A DNA stretch of 63,447 bases, the filler included, from an uncultured bacterium (GTDB lineage Bacteria > Hinthialibacterota > Hinthialibacteria > Hinthialibacterales > Hinthialibacteraceae): the NCBI GenBank assembly GCA_964449065.1. It is 3 parts of 3 records of this genome, joined end to end, with 100 filler letters (N's around TTAATTAATTAA, not from the genome) between each part and the next. Parts side by side here need not be neighbours in the genome. Positions count along the whole stretch, not along the records: positions 1 to 21,339 come from CAYVAZ010000046.1; 2 more parts are not named here. One strand, written 5' to 3'. Shown here piece after piece: positions 7,482 to 17,956 of this stretch; positions within the stretch are counted from its first letter, which is position 1, and each line of letters starts with the position of its first letter. Position numbers and translations under genes: made by a program. The notes under the pieces are model-generated. The model did no database searches, was not told where the DNA came from, and was given only the letters and a program-made list of their open reading frames with translations.

Positions 7482-8102
7482 CTACAATTCTCCCCCTTCT
7501 TTCTCAAAAAATGACAACATACGTTCATAATCTTTTGGTGAATGGATGGTATGCAAAATCGCATCGCTCTCAACGGGGACATGAATAATTTGATCTTCAT
7601 GGCGTTGATAGATGCTGCGAACTGATTCATCGTCTTTCAATCCCGCTATCTCATCAAAATAGGCCTTTCCGATCAATGGTGGATGTCCACTTTTGTTTTG
7701 GTAGGAGGGAATGCAAATTGACATCTCGCCGGAATAAGCTTCCATTAGGACTTCAAAAATACCGGATGTGATTCGAGGACATTCCACTGGCAGCAAAAAG
7801 AATCCGCTTATATTCTTCGGCAATTCAAACAAACCGCACTGCACACTGGTGGTTCGTCCTTCTTGGTACCGTTCGTTGATCGAAAACGGAACTTCTTTTG
7901 GGATATAAGATAGGATATTTTCCGGCTCGTGTCCCAACACAACATGAGGGAGAATGGATTTTCTTTGCAAAAATGGGTTAGAAAGGATGTGTGAGAGAAT
8001 GTTTTTTCTTCCCAAGGGCAGCAATGGCATTGGGGTGTCCATCCAACTGGATTCTTCCGCTGCCAGGATCATGACGGCATATTGAAGGGGGTCCTCGTTC
8101 AT
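7482..8102 (-). CDS. MocA/MobA-like NTP transferase family protein with degenerate motifs
   Basis: ILAAxxSxxM, Y..G..TSVQCG, GHPPLI, I..P.DY; glycine loop altered. Confidence 0.8.
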   Translation of the reverse strand: MNEDPLQYAVMILAAEESSWMDTPMPLLPLGRKNILSHILSNPFLQRKSILPHVVLGHEPENILSYIPKEVPFSINERYQEGRTTSVQCGLFELPKNISGFFLLPVECPRITSGIFEVLMEAYSGEMSICIPSYQNKSGHPPLIGKAYFDEIAGLKDDESVRSIYQRHEDQIIHVPVESDAILHTIHSPKDYERMLSFFEKEGGEL

Positions 8103-9487
8103 AATAGATCACTCAGTAATGGAACCAATTCTTGAAATGGGATATCACGGGCGGCAATCACGCCTTCTTTGTCTATCACAATCATGACAGGAACCTGCTG
8201 AATTCCAAAGCGGAACGCGATGCCGCTTTTGGGGTAATTTTTATCCCACAGGGTGGTCATTTCAATTCCGGTTTGATCCAGATAGTGCCGCACGCTGTTT
8301 TTGTTGGTATCTAAGTTGATACCGATAAACTCAATTTTGTTGGGATTCAGTGTTTTCCGCAGGTCTTCCAAATCCAGCAGGGCATGTTCAGCTGGTTCCC
8401 ACCATAACGACCAAAACAACAAGACTCTTACTTTTTCTTTGTCGGGGCTAAATTTGTATTCTTCTCCGGAAAGGGTCTCTGCGGTAAAGGGGGAAACTTC
8501 CCAGCTGGGTAATGATTGCTGTAAGTTTTGATTGAGGCGTAGGTCATACCGGTGCATCAACACCAAATCTTTGGCTGCATCCCGCAAGATCGGCATGGGG
8601 GAGTTTTCGGAAAAATCGACCATCAGATCGATCAGTTCGGCCGCTTGATCGATTTTCAATTGTTTGAGTTGTTGTTGATAATCAAAAAACTTGGCGATTT
8701 CCTGACGAATGACCGGAAGGTGTTCATCCCGAAACCGGTTGGTTTGGTCTAAAGAGCATTCGATACGAAGGTCAGCATACGATGCGTCTGAACCATCTTG
8801 CATTTTTAACTGATACGCTGTGGCGGAATGTTGCGGAAGCTGGATGGAGGGGTTGTATATGATTTCGTGTTCTAAAAATTGCATGGAGATTTGCGGGGAG
8901 GATTGGATTGGAATTGGCCCTAAAAGGCTTGCCGCGATATTAAACCGGTTCTCCTCTACCGAATGAGGCTGCGCAAGCACGAAGAAATTTTCGGTGTGGA
9001 TTTGCTCATTATTGATGTGGATTGGGAGTGAAGTTTTTATTCGTTCCGATAATGGTATGGGGTCTTTCGGCAGAGGGGGAAAGTAGATCATCGGTGTCCA
9101 TCCGGTACCGAATTCCTCGGAAGTGGAAGGAATGGTAACCCGCCCGGTTTTTGGATTCCATTGCCAGTTGTAGGCAGAAATGTTTCCATACGGGGCTTCT
9201 ATGGTTTGGCCATCCAATGTGCGCCGCACCATTTTTGAAATACCGAGCAAGTTAGCCGTACCGGAATTCTCTACATCGACAACGATGAAGCGGGATTCAA
9301 TCACACGGGTGCTTTCTTCGGCAAACACCCCTTCCGACTGCAACTCAAAGGTCGCTGTGAAGATCAAATCCATACCGGCCTGCAAGTTATATTGCGGAAC
9401 CAATGTGTTGTCTTGCGCGGATATCATGCCTGGGAAACGAAAGGCAATCGCGAAAAGAACACCGGATAAAAATACGAATCGATTCAT
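8099..9487 (-). CDS. Secreted protein with C-terminal TlpA/AhpC-TSA thioredoxin-like domain lacking CxxC
   Basis: Signal peptide; LLFWSLWWEPA, FIGINLD, FGIQQVPVMIVIDKEG. Confidence 0.8.
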   Translation of the reverse strand: MNRFVFLSGVLFAIAFRFPGMISAQDNTLVPQYNLQAGMDLIFTATFELQSEGVFAEESTRVIESRFIVVDVENSGTANLLGISKMVRRTLDGQTIEAPYGNISAYNWQWNPKTGRVTIPSTSEEFGTGWTPMIYFPPLPKDPIPLSERIKTSLPIHINNEQIHTENFFVLAQPHSVEENRFNIAASLLGPIPIQSSPQISMQFLEHEIIYNPSIQLPQHSATAYQLKMQDGSDASYADLRIECSLDQTNRFRDEHLPVIRQEIAKFFDYQQQLKQLKIDQAAELIDLMVDFSENSPMPILRDAAKDLVLMHRYDLRLNQNLQQSLPSWEVSPFTAETLSGEEYKFSPDKEKVRVLLFWSLWWEPAEHALLDLEDLRKTLNPNKIEFIGINLDTNKNSVRHYLDQTGIEMTTLWDKNYPKSGIAFRFGIQQVPVMIVIDKEGVIAARDIPFQELVPLLSDLL

Positions 9488-9493
9488 GATAAA

Positions 9494-10204
9494 TCACATT
9501 TGGTGGAAGCGTTCCGGATTGCGGATGGTTCTCCACCACAATTTGAATATGGTATACAAAATCATGCTTCCCGCTTTCACACTTCCGCTAATGGTGCCGG
9601 AGATTTTTGATGTTCCAATCCGTTTGCGGTAGGAAACCGGGACTTCGCAACAATCTAACTTCATAATAGCCGCTTTGGTCTGCATTTCCACAGTCCAGCC
9701 ATAGGTTTGGTCTTCCATGTTCAATTTATTTAACGCTTTTTTTGTTACAGCGCGAAAGGGGCCGAGATCGGTAAACGTATAGCCGAATAAACGGTGGATT
9801 AAAAAACAGGCTAAGCGGTTGCCAAAATTGGCATGAACGGGAAGCGCACCCGACTCGCGATATCCCAATATTCGGGAACCGATTACCATATCTTTGCCTT
9901 GGGTAAGAATAGGATTCAAAACCAAGGGCATTTCGGAGGGATCGTCGCTGAAATCCGCGTCCACAAAAACAATCACATCGGCTTGGCTTGCTTCCGCGAT
10001 ACCGCGCAAACAGGCGTTGCCATACCCGCGCTGGGGTTCATGGATGACATGAGCGCCAGCCTGCCGGGCAAGTTCCGCGGTGGCATCGGTTGAAGCGTTG
10101 TCAACGACGATGATCCGGTCTATCCGGTCTTTTGGTATCGCCTGCATCACGTTTTCAATCGACTGTTCTTCATTGTATGCGGGAATGACAACTTCAATTC
10201 GCAT
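9494..10204 (-). CDS. GT2 glycosyltransferase (DPM1-like)
   Basis: VIPAYNEE, VDNASTD, GYGNAC, FVDAD, TDLGPFRA, YGWTVEMQ. Confidence 0.95.
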   Translation of the reverse strand: MRIEVVIPAYNEEQSIENVMQAIPKDRIDRIIVVDNASTDATAELARQAGAHVIHEPQRGYGNACLRGIAEASQADVIVFVDADFSDDPSEMPLVLNPILTQGKDMVIGSRILGYRESGALPVHANFGNRLACFLIHRLFGYTFTDLGPFRAVTKKALNKLNMEDQTYGWTVEMQTKAAIMKLDCCEVPVSYRKRIGTSKISGTISGSVKAGSMILYTIFKLWWRTIRNPERFHQM

Positions 10205-10207
10205 AGA

Positions 10208-11839
10208 TTAATCCTGTTGGGTTTCGTTAAAGCGGTAAAGCAGGATGGAATGCCCCACATGACCGATGGGTTCGTATTGTTCCAACCAATCAAAATAATA
10301 GGGAGAACGTTCATGAATTCGCTGCCGTATGGCCCAATGTATTCCGACGGCGACAAGACCGGTGGGGGGAGTTTGGATATGCTCTTTTCGCAATCGTTCC
10401 GCGTGGTATCCAAACGCGGGGGGATTGAGCATCCAGTTTGTCGCGACATAAAACGGTTCATTGGGATCTTGCGCTTGAACATCTTTTAAAGCCGCCAAAT
10501 CCTGCCCCCAATCGATGTTGGAATCATCTAAAATATAGTGCGCGTTATCAGGCCCACCGGCCGCTTCATTAAAGTATGCAAGATAATGAGGAGAAATCCA
10601 AATGGACGCGGCGGCATACCATAGCAAGAATACGGGAACAACCATTCCTCTTATCCGTCTATTTTCAATGAGGGCGGCTCTCCCTAAATAGAGAAATAGA
10701 AGTGGATAAAGCGGAAGAACATGCCGCAGACCGATGTTGACCCGGGTCAACATAGATGCGGCGATAATAAGGAGTATTGTTCCGGCGATTAGAATATCCG
10801 CTGTACCGTTCCAGCGTTGTTTGCACCAAATAAACGTGAAGATCAGCAGCCCAAATACAGCCAAGGGTGTTTTTACCAGGATCGCGACCAAATAGTAATA
10901 AAACCAGCCGGAGGTGGAATATTCGCCCAGTAGATAAAAGGCATAGTTGGTATGGGGCATTCCGGGAACAGGTTCACCGCCGGGGGTTTGCGTTGATTTA
11001 AAAATCACGTTTTCTAGTGTATCAAAATAGTAGAAAGAATTAAACGGGAAACCGTAAATAAACAATAAACAGATAAAAGCGCATCCAGTCATGACGGCCG
11101 GTATTACCGCGAATCGTTTTACCGGAATAGCAGACCAGGATTCATACCGCTTTCGTTCGGCGAGCAGCAATCCGGCTAATAATGGAAGAAATAAAAGAAT
11201 GGCAGTCACTTTTGCGGCGAGCGCGAGCCCAAATACCAATCCGGTAAGGATGAGAAGCCTACGGTTCGGATATAACCAATAGTTGTAGACCGCAAACAAA
11301 GAGGCGGCAAAGAAAAAACTGACGCCTAAGTCCATCGTGGCAAGCGAAGCATGAGCGAGGATATTGGGTGAGAATGTGTATAAAAATAATGAAATCAACG
11401 CGCCGTTTTGCCCATACAAATGTTTAGCCCAAACGTAAAGCAATGCCGCCAATCCGCATGAGAGTATAAGAATAGGAAGTCGTGCCAGCGTGGCTAGATA
11501 CCGCCAGTCGTTTTCTCCGCCTAGCAGCATTTCCCACCCGATCACGTAGCCTAACATGTTGCTTTCGAGAGTATCCCATTTATTTTGCTGAAGAGGGGGA
11601 AGATGGATGTCCGCCAATTGCAGCGGAATGCCCATGAGAAGGCGCAGCAGGGGGGGATGGGTTCGGTCTAAACGAAAATCACCGGTTTGAACGTAAATAT
11701 ATGCCGTTGAGATGTAGGAATATTCATCCGCCGTGGGAGCGGCATGGCGCAGCGCCATCCAACCCAAGCAAAAATGCAGGAGAATCAAACCGCATACGGT
11801 AAGTTTGAGCAAAAACCGAAGAGATAATGAGTCATACAC
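10208..11839 (-). CDS. GT-C (ArnT/PMT, GT39-like) membrane glycosyltransferase
   Basis: TADE, HPPL, SPNILAHA..TMD, GLRH.LP, YFNE..GG, DSNIDWGQDL; many TM helices. Confidence 0.9.
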   Translation of the reverse strand: MYDSLSLRFLLKLTVCGLILLHFCLGWMALRHAAPTADEYSYISTAYIYVQTGDFRLDRTHPPLLRLLMGIPLQLADIHLPPLQQNKWDTLESNMLGYVIGWEMLLGGENDWRYLATLARLPILILSCGLAALLYVWAKHLYGQNGALISLFLYTFSPNILAHASLATMDLGVSFFFAASLFAVYNYWLYPNRRLLILTGLVFGLALAAKVTAILLFLPLLAGLLLAERKRYESWSAIPVKRFAVIPAVMTGCAFICLLFIYGFPFNSFYYFDTLENVIFKSTQTPGGEPVPGMPHTNYAFYLLGEYSTSGWFYYYLVAILVKTPLAVFGLLIFTFIWCKQRWNGTADILIAGTILLIIAASMLTRVNIGLRHVLPLYPLLFLYLGRAALIENRRIRGMVVPVFLLWYAAASIWISPHYLAYFNEAAGGPDNAHYILDDSNIDWGQDLAALKDVQAQDPNEPFYVATNWMLNPPAFGYHAERLRKEHIQTPPTGLVAVGIHWAIRQRIHERSPYYFDWLEQYEPIGHVGHSILLYRFNETQQD

Positions 11840-11848
11840 GAAGTTATA

Positions 11849-12607
11849 TTATGTTGATTGTGGTTTTGTTTCCGGCAAAGCATGCGCCTTATTTTTCTGA
11901 AATAATAAAGAATATATGCATCCTACCACCGCCCCCAAAAATAAACCGTACAACAAAATGATGGTTGCTCCCGGAAGCAGAACACCGGCGAACTGTCCTT
12001 TATAAAAGTTATAATTTTCGTAGAGCTGTTGATAGGCGGGGGAAATGAAATTGCCTCCCACCACCGCGAGTACCACCAATATCGAATGAAAAATGCTGAT
12101 GACAATGGAATAGTTTAAAATATGTTCGGAAGAGATCCGCTTGTTCGGTAAGAGAATTTTGAAAAACAAAAACAATCCGCCAAACAAAACGAGATAAGGA
12201 ATTAAAATCATGCCGCGTAAATTATTGACTTTCAATTCAAAGATCCAATGCGGTGCATTGATCGTGGTGTAAAAATACGTGCCGACGCCGGCAACGCCGA
12301 CTTGGTCGAAATAAGAAGATTGAGGAATTACTCCTTCGTCCGGTTTCAGGGCAAACCGGTAAAATAAGGGGTAATACGGTACAAATCGAGGCTCTCCATT
12401 GGCTTGGATTGATTCTTCTCCTTGAAGAGGCAGAGATGGATAGCCGGTAGAATAAGCCCAAACGGTTGTGAGAACAAAGCCGGCAATAAATGTGAATAAT
12501 GAAGCGAGCAGGATTCGCGCCAAAACCGCCCCCGGCGACAAGGTTTGATCGCTGCCCGTATGCGGTCTTTTTGGAGTTGAATGTTCCGTTTGTGAAGCGG
12601 TTGCCAT
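11849..12607 (-). CDS. Hypothetical membrane protein
   Basis: 252-aa ORF in operon, about four hydrophobic segments. Confidence 0.75.
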   Translation of the reverse strand: MATASQTEHSTPKRPHTGSDQTLSPGAVLARILLASLFTFIAGFVLTTVWAYSTGYPSLPLQGEESIQANGEPRFVPYYPLFYRFALKPDEGVIPQSSYFDQVGVAGVGTYFYTTINAPHWIFELKVNNLRGMILIPYLVLFGGLFLFFKILLPNKRISSEHILNYSIVISIFHSILVVLAVVGGNFISPAYQQLYENYNFYKGQFAGVLLPGATIILLYGLFLGAVVGCIYSLLFQKNKAHALPETKPQST

Positions 12608-12683
12608 AGTGATTTTCCTCTTTAGTGGTCTTCAATATTGGGGTTCATTGTATGCTGATTGTAATAGCCGTATTCTCAATTTC

Positions 12684-13763
12684 CTACCCGTTTGGTTGCC
12701 GTATTTTCTTTTGAACGTTCTGTGTGACTGCATACCAATTCTCTGCGTGAATTTTCGCGATCAATTCCGGATGAGATTGAGTGGTTTCGGCCAACATGAC
12801 ATACGCGTTGCCAACCACCGGCGCCCAATGTTCAATGTTGAAACCGGGATAACTCTGCTTGATAGAAATTCGGGTCGGCGATTTCAAGTCGTATGAGGTT
12901 TCATCCCAGATTAAAACAGCCAGGTTGTCTGGATTGAAAACGCCATAGGGATAGTTGAATTCGATATGAATTAAATGAATATCGCTGGAACTTGTGCCGC
13001 TGGATCCGACCTGAAAGACCATTTTCTCTCCAAATGCCATTCGGGTTCCTGGCTGCGGACGTTGTTCAATGATCTTGTTCCATTGCGAAACTTCGGGTGT
13101 TGGAATGTATTTCACTTCCGGTTTGATTGCTATCGCATTTTGCAGTTCTATTTGTTGCAATACGTCTTCAATGGATTGTTCCATATAATTCGGCATCACA
13201 AATCCTTGCGGCATAGATCCAAGGCTAACCAGCAAATTGACTTGATTTCCATAGGATCGCTGTCTGCCGGGCAAAGGATCTTGCGCGATAATTCCCTTTT
13301 CCGGAATTCGCTCGTGATAAGCGGAGGCACGTTGTCCTACATCCAAACCGGCACTGCGCAATGTCAATACTGCTTCGTCCTCATACTGCCCCTTTACATC
13401 GGGAATTTCTAATTCCCGCGCGCCGGCGCTGATGGTAACGGTTACGGAGCGTTTTTTCTTTACGCGTTCGTTGGGCTGCGGCCGCTGTTCGACAATGATT
13501 CCCGGCTCAACATTTTGGTTGTAAATTTCTTCGATATCCGGATTGAGCCATAAATCGTGTTCCAAAAGCGTTTCCATGGCTTGGGCTTTGTTCATGCCGT
13601 ATACGCTGGGCACGGTGACTTCTTCTCCGGCAACCAGGTAATCCAGCAGATAATAGCCGGCGGCCGCCATCCCCGCCATCACCAATATGGTCATGATGAT
13701 GGTTGCCAGTAGATTCCAAACAATCACAAATATTCCAACGATAATACGCCAAATAAACCGCAC
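12684..13763 (-). CDS. Membrane-anchored protein with three PASTA domains
   Basis: VPSVYG, IPDVKG and MPNYME repeats each with Q.P.P; N-terminal TM; GTG start inferred. Confidence 0.9.
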   Translation of the reverse strand: MRFIWRIIVGIFVIVWNLLATIIMTILVMAGMAAAGYYLLDYLVAGEEVTVPSVYGMNKAQAMETLLEHDLWLNPDIEEIYNQNVEPGIIVEQRPQPNERVKKKRSVTVTISAGARELEIPDVKGQYEDEAVLTLRSAGLDVGQRASAYHERIPEKGIIAQDPLPGRQRSYGNQVNLLVSLGSMPQGFVMPNYMEQSIEDVLQQIELQNAIAIKPEVKYIPTPEVSQWNKIIEQRPQPGTRMAFGEKMVFQVGSSGTSSSDIHLIHIEFNYPYGVFNPDNLAVLIWDETSYDLKSPTRISIKQSYPGFNIEHWAPVVGNAYVMLAETTQSHPELIAKIHAENWYAVTQNVQKKIRQPNG

Positions 13764-13779
13764 GTTATTTTCCCGTATG

Positions 13780-15126
13780 TTATGTTTCTGTATGTTGTAA
13801 CCGCGCACAAAAGGCACCGTCAGTTTGTGTGGATGGCGGGAATGCTGTAAACCATCCCTTTGGATGTACCCTGCTGTGCCACGGTGATGGTATTGACGTT
13901 CTTATGTCATCTAACTGAAACGATTCATGTTCATGGAGGAAACGCTCAATTATGAGTTCATTTTCTTTTGGGGATAAGGTGCATGTTGAATAGACGATGC
14001 ATCCACCCGGCTTAAGTTTCATGAAAACATGATTTAACAGCTGGTACGCTGTTTCGCCAAGATGTTCTGAATCTTGCGGTTGCAGACGCCAGCGCAAGTC
14101 CGGGTTGCGGCGGAACGTGCCCCAGCCGGTGCAGGGGACATCCAACAATATGGCGTCAAAGTTAGAAAATTCAGGTGGGAGTGTATCCTGCAGGGGGTTG
14201 CATACCAGCGGATGGATGCAGTCGAGAGTAAGAAACTCTTGTAGATTTTTCAACTTCTCTAACCGCTTGGCGCTTTTGTCTGAGGCGATAATCGTGCCTT
14301 CATTCGACATGAGGTCGGCTAGATGAAACGTTTTCCCACCGGGAGCGGCACACACATCCCAAATTTTCCAGCCCGGCTTTGGATTGAGAACCGCTGCCGG
14401 TATGGTCATCACCGGATCTTGAACCACCCACATTTTGTTTTGCAGAAGGGCATGTGTGGGGAGTGAATTGTCCAGTGTAATCATGTTTTGTAAGACGGGG
14501 TGTAAAGAATATTCTATCTTTTCGCCCGCTAACAATTGCTTCGCTTCATCCATACTGCCGCGAACGCGGAGGGATAATGGGGCTTGGGTATTGTTAAAGC
14601 GGCAGAGTTTTTCTGTATCTTGATTCCCCCAGATGCGTTGCCATTCTTTGATGATCCACTCCGGATGGGAGTGTTCAATGGCTAGATACCGTAAAATATT
14701 TTCATCTCTTTGCGGATAATTTATGGTATGTTTTTCGCGGATCAGATTCCGTAAGATGCCGTTCACCGCGTTGCTGAGACCGGCGGCCTGGTTCGCTTTG
14801 GCTAAATTCACGGCATCCGAGACCACGGCGTGAGAAGGCACCCGGTCTAAGTATAAGATTTGATAGGCGGATAATTCCAGAATCCGTTGGATTTTTGGGG
14901 GAAGTTTTTCATAGTTTTTGGCGAATTGTTTCAGCGTGAATGTAATTTTGCCGAAATGGCGGCAGGTGCCGGAGATGATTTCGCGGGCGAGGGCGCGGTC
15001 ATTGTGTTGGATGGCTGCCGGTTCAAAGGTTTCAAGCGATTCATCGAGTAAACGGCCATGTGTCAGCACATCGTGCAAAACGTTGAACGCAAAATCGCGC
15101 GCGGGTGAGATGGTTGGTTTCGGCAT
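13780..15126 (-). CDS. rsmB: 16S rRNA m5C967 methyltransferase
   Basis: NusB-like N-terminus, SHPEW, DVCAAPGGK, LLDVPCTG, YSTCT. Confidence 0.95.
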   Translation of the reverse strand: MPKPTISPARDFAFNVLHDVLTHGRLLDESLETFEPAAIQHNDRALAREIISGTCRHFGKITFTLKQFAKNYEKLPPKIQRILELSAYQILYLDRVPSHAVVSDAVNLAKANQAAGLSNAVNGILRNLIREKHTINYPQRDENILRYLAIEHSHPEWIIKEWQRIWGNQDTEKLCRFNNTQAPLSLRVRGSMDEAKQLLAGEKIEYSLHPVLQNMITLDNSLPTHALLQNKMWVVQDPVMTIPAAVLNPKPGWKIWDVCAAPGGKTFHLADLMSNEGTIIASDKSAKRLEKLKNLQEFLTLDCIHPLVCNPLQDTLPPEFSNFDAILLDVPCTGWGTFRRNPDLRWRLQPQDSEHLGETAYQLLNHVFMKLKPGGCIVYSTCTLSPKENELIIERFLHEHESFQLDDIRTSIPSPWHSRVHPKGWFTAFPPSTQTDGAFCARLQHTET

Positions 15127-15149
15127 AATGAAAACATGGTATAAACCGA

Positions 15150-15183
15150 AAAGAAAAAGCCCAGGTCTAACGTGACCCGGGCT
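15150..15183 (-). terminator. Intrinsic terminator after zinc peptidase gene
   Basis: Minus strand AGCCCGGGTC-loop-GACCTGGGCT followed by TTTTCTTTT. Confidence 0.65.
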
Positions 15184-15205
15184 GTTTGTGTGTATTTGTT
15201 GTTAT

Positions 15206-15913
15206 CTATTCATCCCGGTTGCCCAAGAGGATCATGGCTAAATACAAGAACTGAATGATCGCGCCTAAAGCCGCGGCGATATAAGTCATCGCGGCCGCGT
15301 TCAACACCTTTTTTGTGTTGCCGTACTCTTCTTGGTTTATGATACCGTTTTGCGACAACACAGCCATGGCGCGGTTGCTGGCGTCAAATTCAACCGGAAG
15401 TGTAATCAAGGCAAAGAATACCCCAGTTGAATAAAGCGCTAAGCCGATAAAAGCCAGCCAAAAGCTACCGCCGCTAAAACCACCGAGTAACAACCCGGCC
15501 ATGATGATCCACATGCCCATGGTGGATGTTACATTAACCAGAGGGACAATGCCACTTCGCAAGCGCAAGGGGCCATAGTTTTCTTTGTCTTGGATGGCAT
15601 GGCCGGCTTCGTGTGCCGCTACGCCAACGGCAGAAACAGACATGCTGTCATAAACAGGTTGAGAAAGCCGCAGCACTTTATTGCTTGGATCGTAATGGTC
15701 AGTTAAATTGCCCTGCACCCGTTCAACAACCACATTGTGCAAACCGTTCATATCCAGGATGGAACGCGCGGTTTGCGCGCCGGTCATACGGCGGCGAATG
15801 GGAACTTCGCTAAAGCGCCGAAACGTGGCTTGAACGTTCTGACTGGCCAGCCCCATTATCGCCATAGCAATGAGTGACACGATCATGAAACCAAAATCCG
15901 GAACGAAAAACAT
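15206..15913 (-). CDS. YugP-like neutral zinc metallopeptidase (membrane)
   Basis: LTDHYDP, VAAHEAGHA, TLPVEFDASNRA, AAAMTY; GAGGT RBS. Confidence 0.92.
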   Translation of the reverse strand: MFFVPDFGFMIVSLIAMAIMGLASQNVQATFRRFSEVPIRRRMTGAQTARSILDMNGLHNVVVERVQGNLTDHYDPSNKVLRLSQPVYDSMSVSAVGVAAHEAGHAIQDKENYGPLRLRSGIVPLVNVTSTMGMWIIMAGLLLGGFSGGSFWLAFIGLALYSTGVFFALITLPVEFDASNRAMAVLSQNGIINQEEYGNTKKVLNAAAMTYIAAALGAIIQFLYLAMILLGNRDE

Positions 15914-16169
15914 TTTTACCTCTTTCCACCACAAAATTTTTGTGTACAGAAAATTTTAAAACTTAATCAAGCAGTTTTTGTACCATAATACGATTGATTT
16001 CCTGTTTCGTATCGGGACTGGCAAAGATAACGGTAAAATATACCCAAATATTTCGCACATTTCCAGTCGATTTCACTAAATTATACGGAAACTTCTACAC
16101 AATATTTTGCCAATACTTTATAAATACCGGATAAAACCTGCCAAAACGGCACAACTTTCAGTGGTATTG

Positions 16170-17549
16170 TCATCCGAAACTACGTTTTTTACCTTCTTTA
16201 TTTACCACCTCTTGTTTATCGCTGTCCCAATAAACGGTTTCTTTGTGTTCATACGCGATGACAGACATGATGCAGGTCACTGCTTCAACAAAGGCTTCGT
16301 CTTCGTTGCATTTGGGTTTGTTGCGGGTGTGGACGCATTGAATGAAGTCTTCCATGTGTGTGGGCTGTTCCGGCGTGGCTTCGGGATCAAATGACTTCAT
16401 CGGTTCATCTTCAGAGAGTTTGCCGGATTCCAAATCCGCTTGATAGCGTTCGGAGGTGGATTCGGGATAGGCGTTGTAACCGGTTTGTGTGACTTTAAGC
16501 AAGGCGTCCTTGCCGCGAATTTCCAAGTCATCCGTGTTGAGCCCCATGTTCATACTGTTAAAGGTTGAAGAGAATAATAAAGATAGCCCGCGCGAGGGAT
16601 ATTCCAGAACGGTATTCCAAGTATCCGGCGCTTCGCGGCCGTCTTTTAGCAAATTGTTGAAGCCGGAGGTGGTTGCCGATTCTGGAATGCCCAGCCGGAT
16701 GACATGATTGGCAAAGTCAAAGGCGTGGGATTGCAGGTCGCCGGCGATGCCGGTGCCGTAATCCCAATAGCAGCGCCAATGCCAGAAGCGTTCCATAGTG
16801 AAGGGATTCAGCGGGGCGTCTCCCAGCCATGCCTTCCAATCTAAGTTGTTGCGGACATCGGATTCATCCGGGCGTTGATATTGGCTGTAACCGCCATACC
16901 AGCGCCATTCGGCTTTGGAACGTGGGCGGTTGCGAAAGCAGCCGGTGCGGACGAAGGTGATTTCACCCAGTATTCCGGATTGAACAACATCCCGTGCCTG
17001 CAATGCAGCCGTGCTGGCGCGTTGCTGATGCCCCAACTGCATGACGGTATTGTTGTCTTTGATGGCTTTCAGCATTTTTTTGGCTTCGGGAACGGTTCGG
17101 GTCCAGCATTTTTCAATGTAGATATCTTTTCCGGCATTAGCGGCTGCCATCAACATACTGGAATGCTGGTGATCCGGTGTGGAGATCACGACGGCATCGA
17201 TATCTTTGTCATTCAACATTTCTTCAAAATGTTTATAGGCTTTTGCTTTGGGGTTGGCGCTGAGTTTTAACCCGGTTTGCAAATGCGGTTCATATACGTC
17301 GCATATTGCAATGACCTGAGCGCCCGGTGTGCCGGGGCGGTCTTTTGCGGGTTCTCCGGCGACATCGGTCACCAATTGGCTGCCGCGCACGCCGATGCCG
17401 GCATGACCGACGTTAACGACGTCGTTTGGTTTATGGGATGCGGACCATACAGCGGGCGCTTGCGCGAAGGCTGCTATTGCCGCGGCTGTGCTACTGGACT
17501 GTTTGAGAAAATCGCGCCGGGAACGGCTGGATATAAAACGGTTTGTCAT
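16170..17549 (-). CDS. Tat-exported Gfo/Idh/MocA oxidoreductase
   Basis: SRRDFLK Tat motif, GIGVRG, STPDHQH, YIEKC, WRCYWDYGTG; GGAGGA RBS. Confidence 0.93.
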   Translation of the reverse strand: MTNRFISSRSRRDFLKQSSSTAAAIAAFAQAPAVWSASHKPNDVVNVGHAGIGVRGSQLVTDVAGEPAKDRPGTPGAQVIAICDVYEPHLQTGLKLSANPKAKAYKHFEEMLNDKDIDAVVISTPDHQHSSMLMAAANAGKDIYIEKCWTRTVPEAKKMLKAIKDNNTVMQLGHQQRASTAALQARDVVQSGILGEITFVRTGCFRNRPRSKAEWRWYGGYSQYQRPDESDVRNNLDWKAWLGDAPLNPFTMERFWHWRCYWDYGTGIAGDLQSHAFDFANHVIRLGIPESATTSGFNNLLKDGREAPDTWNTVLEYPSRGLSLLFSSTFNSMNMGLNTDDLEIRGKDALLKVTQTGYNAYPESTSERYQADLESGKLSEDEPMKSFDPEATPEQPTHMEDFIQCVHTRNKPKCNEDEAFVEAVTCIMSVIAYEHKETVYWDSDKQEVVNKEGKKRSFG

Positions 17550-17956
17550 GTTGATCCTCCATAATCGGTTTGGCTTCACGCAAGATTCAACACGTGAAAT
17601 TGTTGGGGTTGTATACGCAATTTTAAGTTGTAAAGATCATCCAATCAATGTAACGAAGTTTTATAAATAGAGAAAATAGTACGGAAATGGATTTTTTTGT
17701 TTATTTTTTTTAAAACTACACTATAATTGAGATGTACCGAAGATACGCTCTGTACAAAAGCAGAATAGAACCATTTGGTTTGCACGGGATGAAAAATCGT
17801 TGGGAGTGGTTGATTTAACCTCATTTCCCGTATAAAGTTATGGGACTAGATATCTGTATTCGCCGGCTTACATCTGTTGAAGTGTCATCCGGTATCATGA
17901 TATAGAATCTAAGTATATTTATTTTATGATTTTCAGCCCGAACGTTTGGAAAATCG

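Noticed and set aside
17580..17956. Riboswitch or tRNA in long intergenic regions (also 47684-47948, 48249-48570)
   Set aside because: No recognisable aptamer or cloverleaf by eye; a covariance-model scan would be needed to exclude one.
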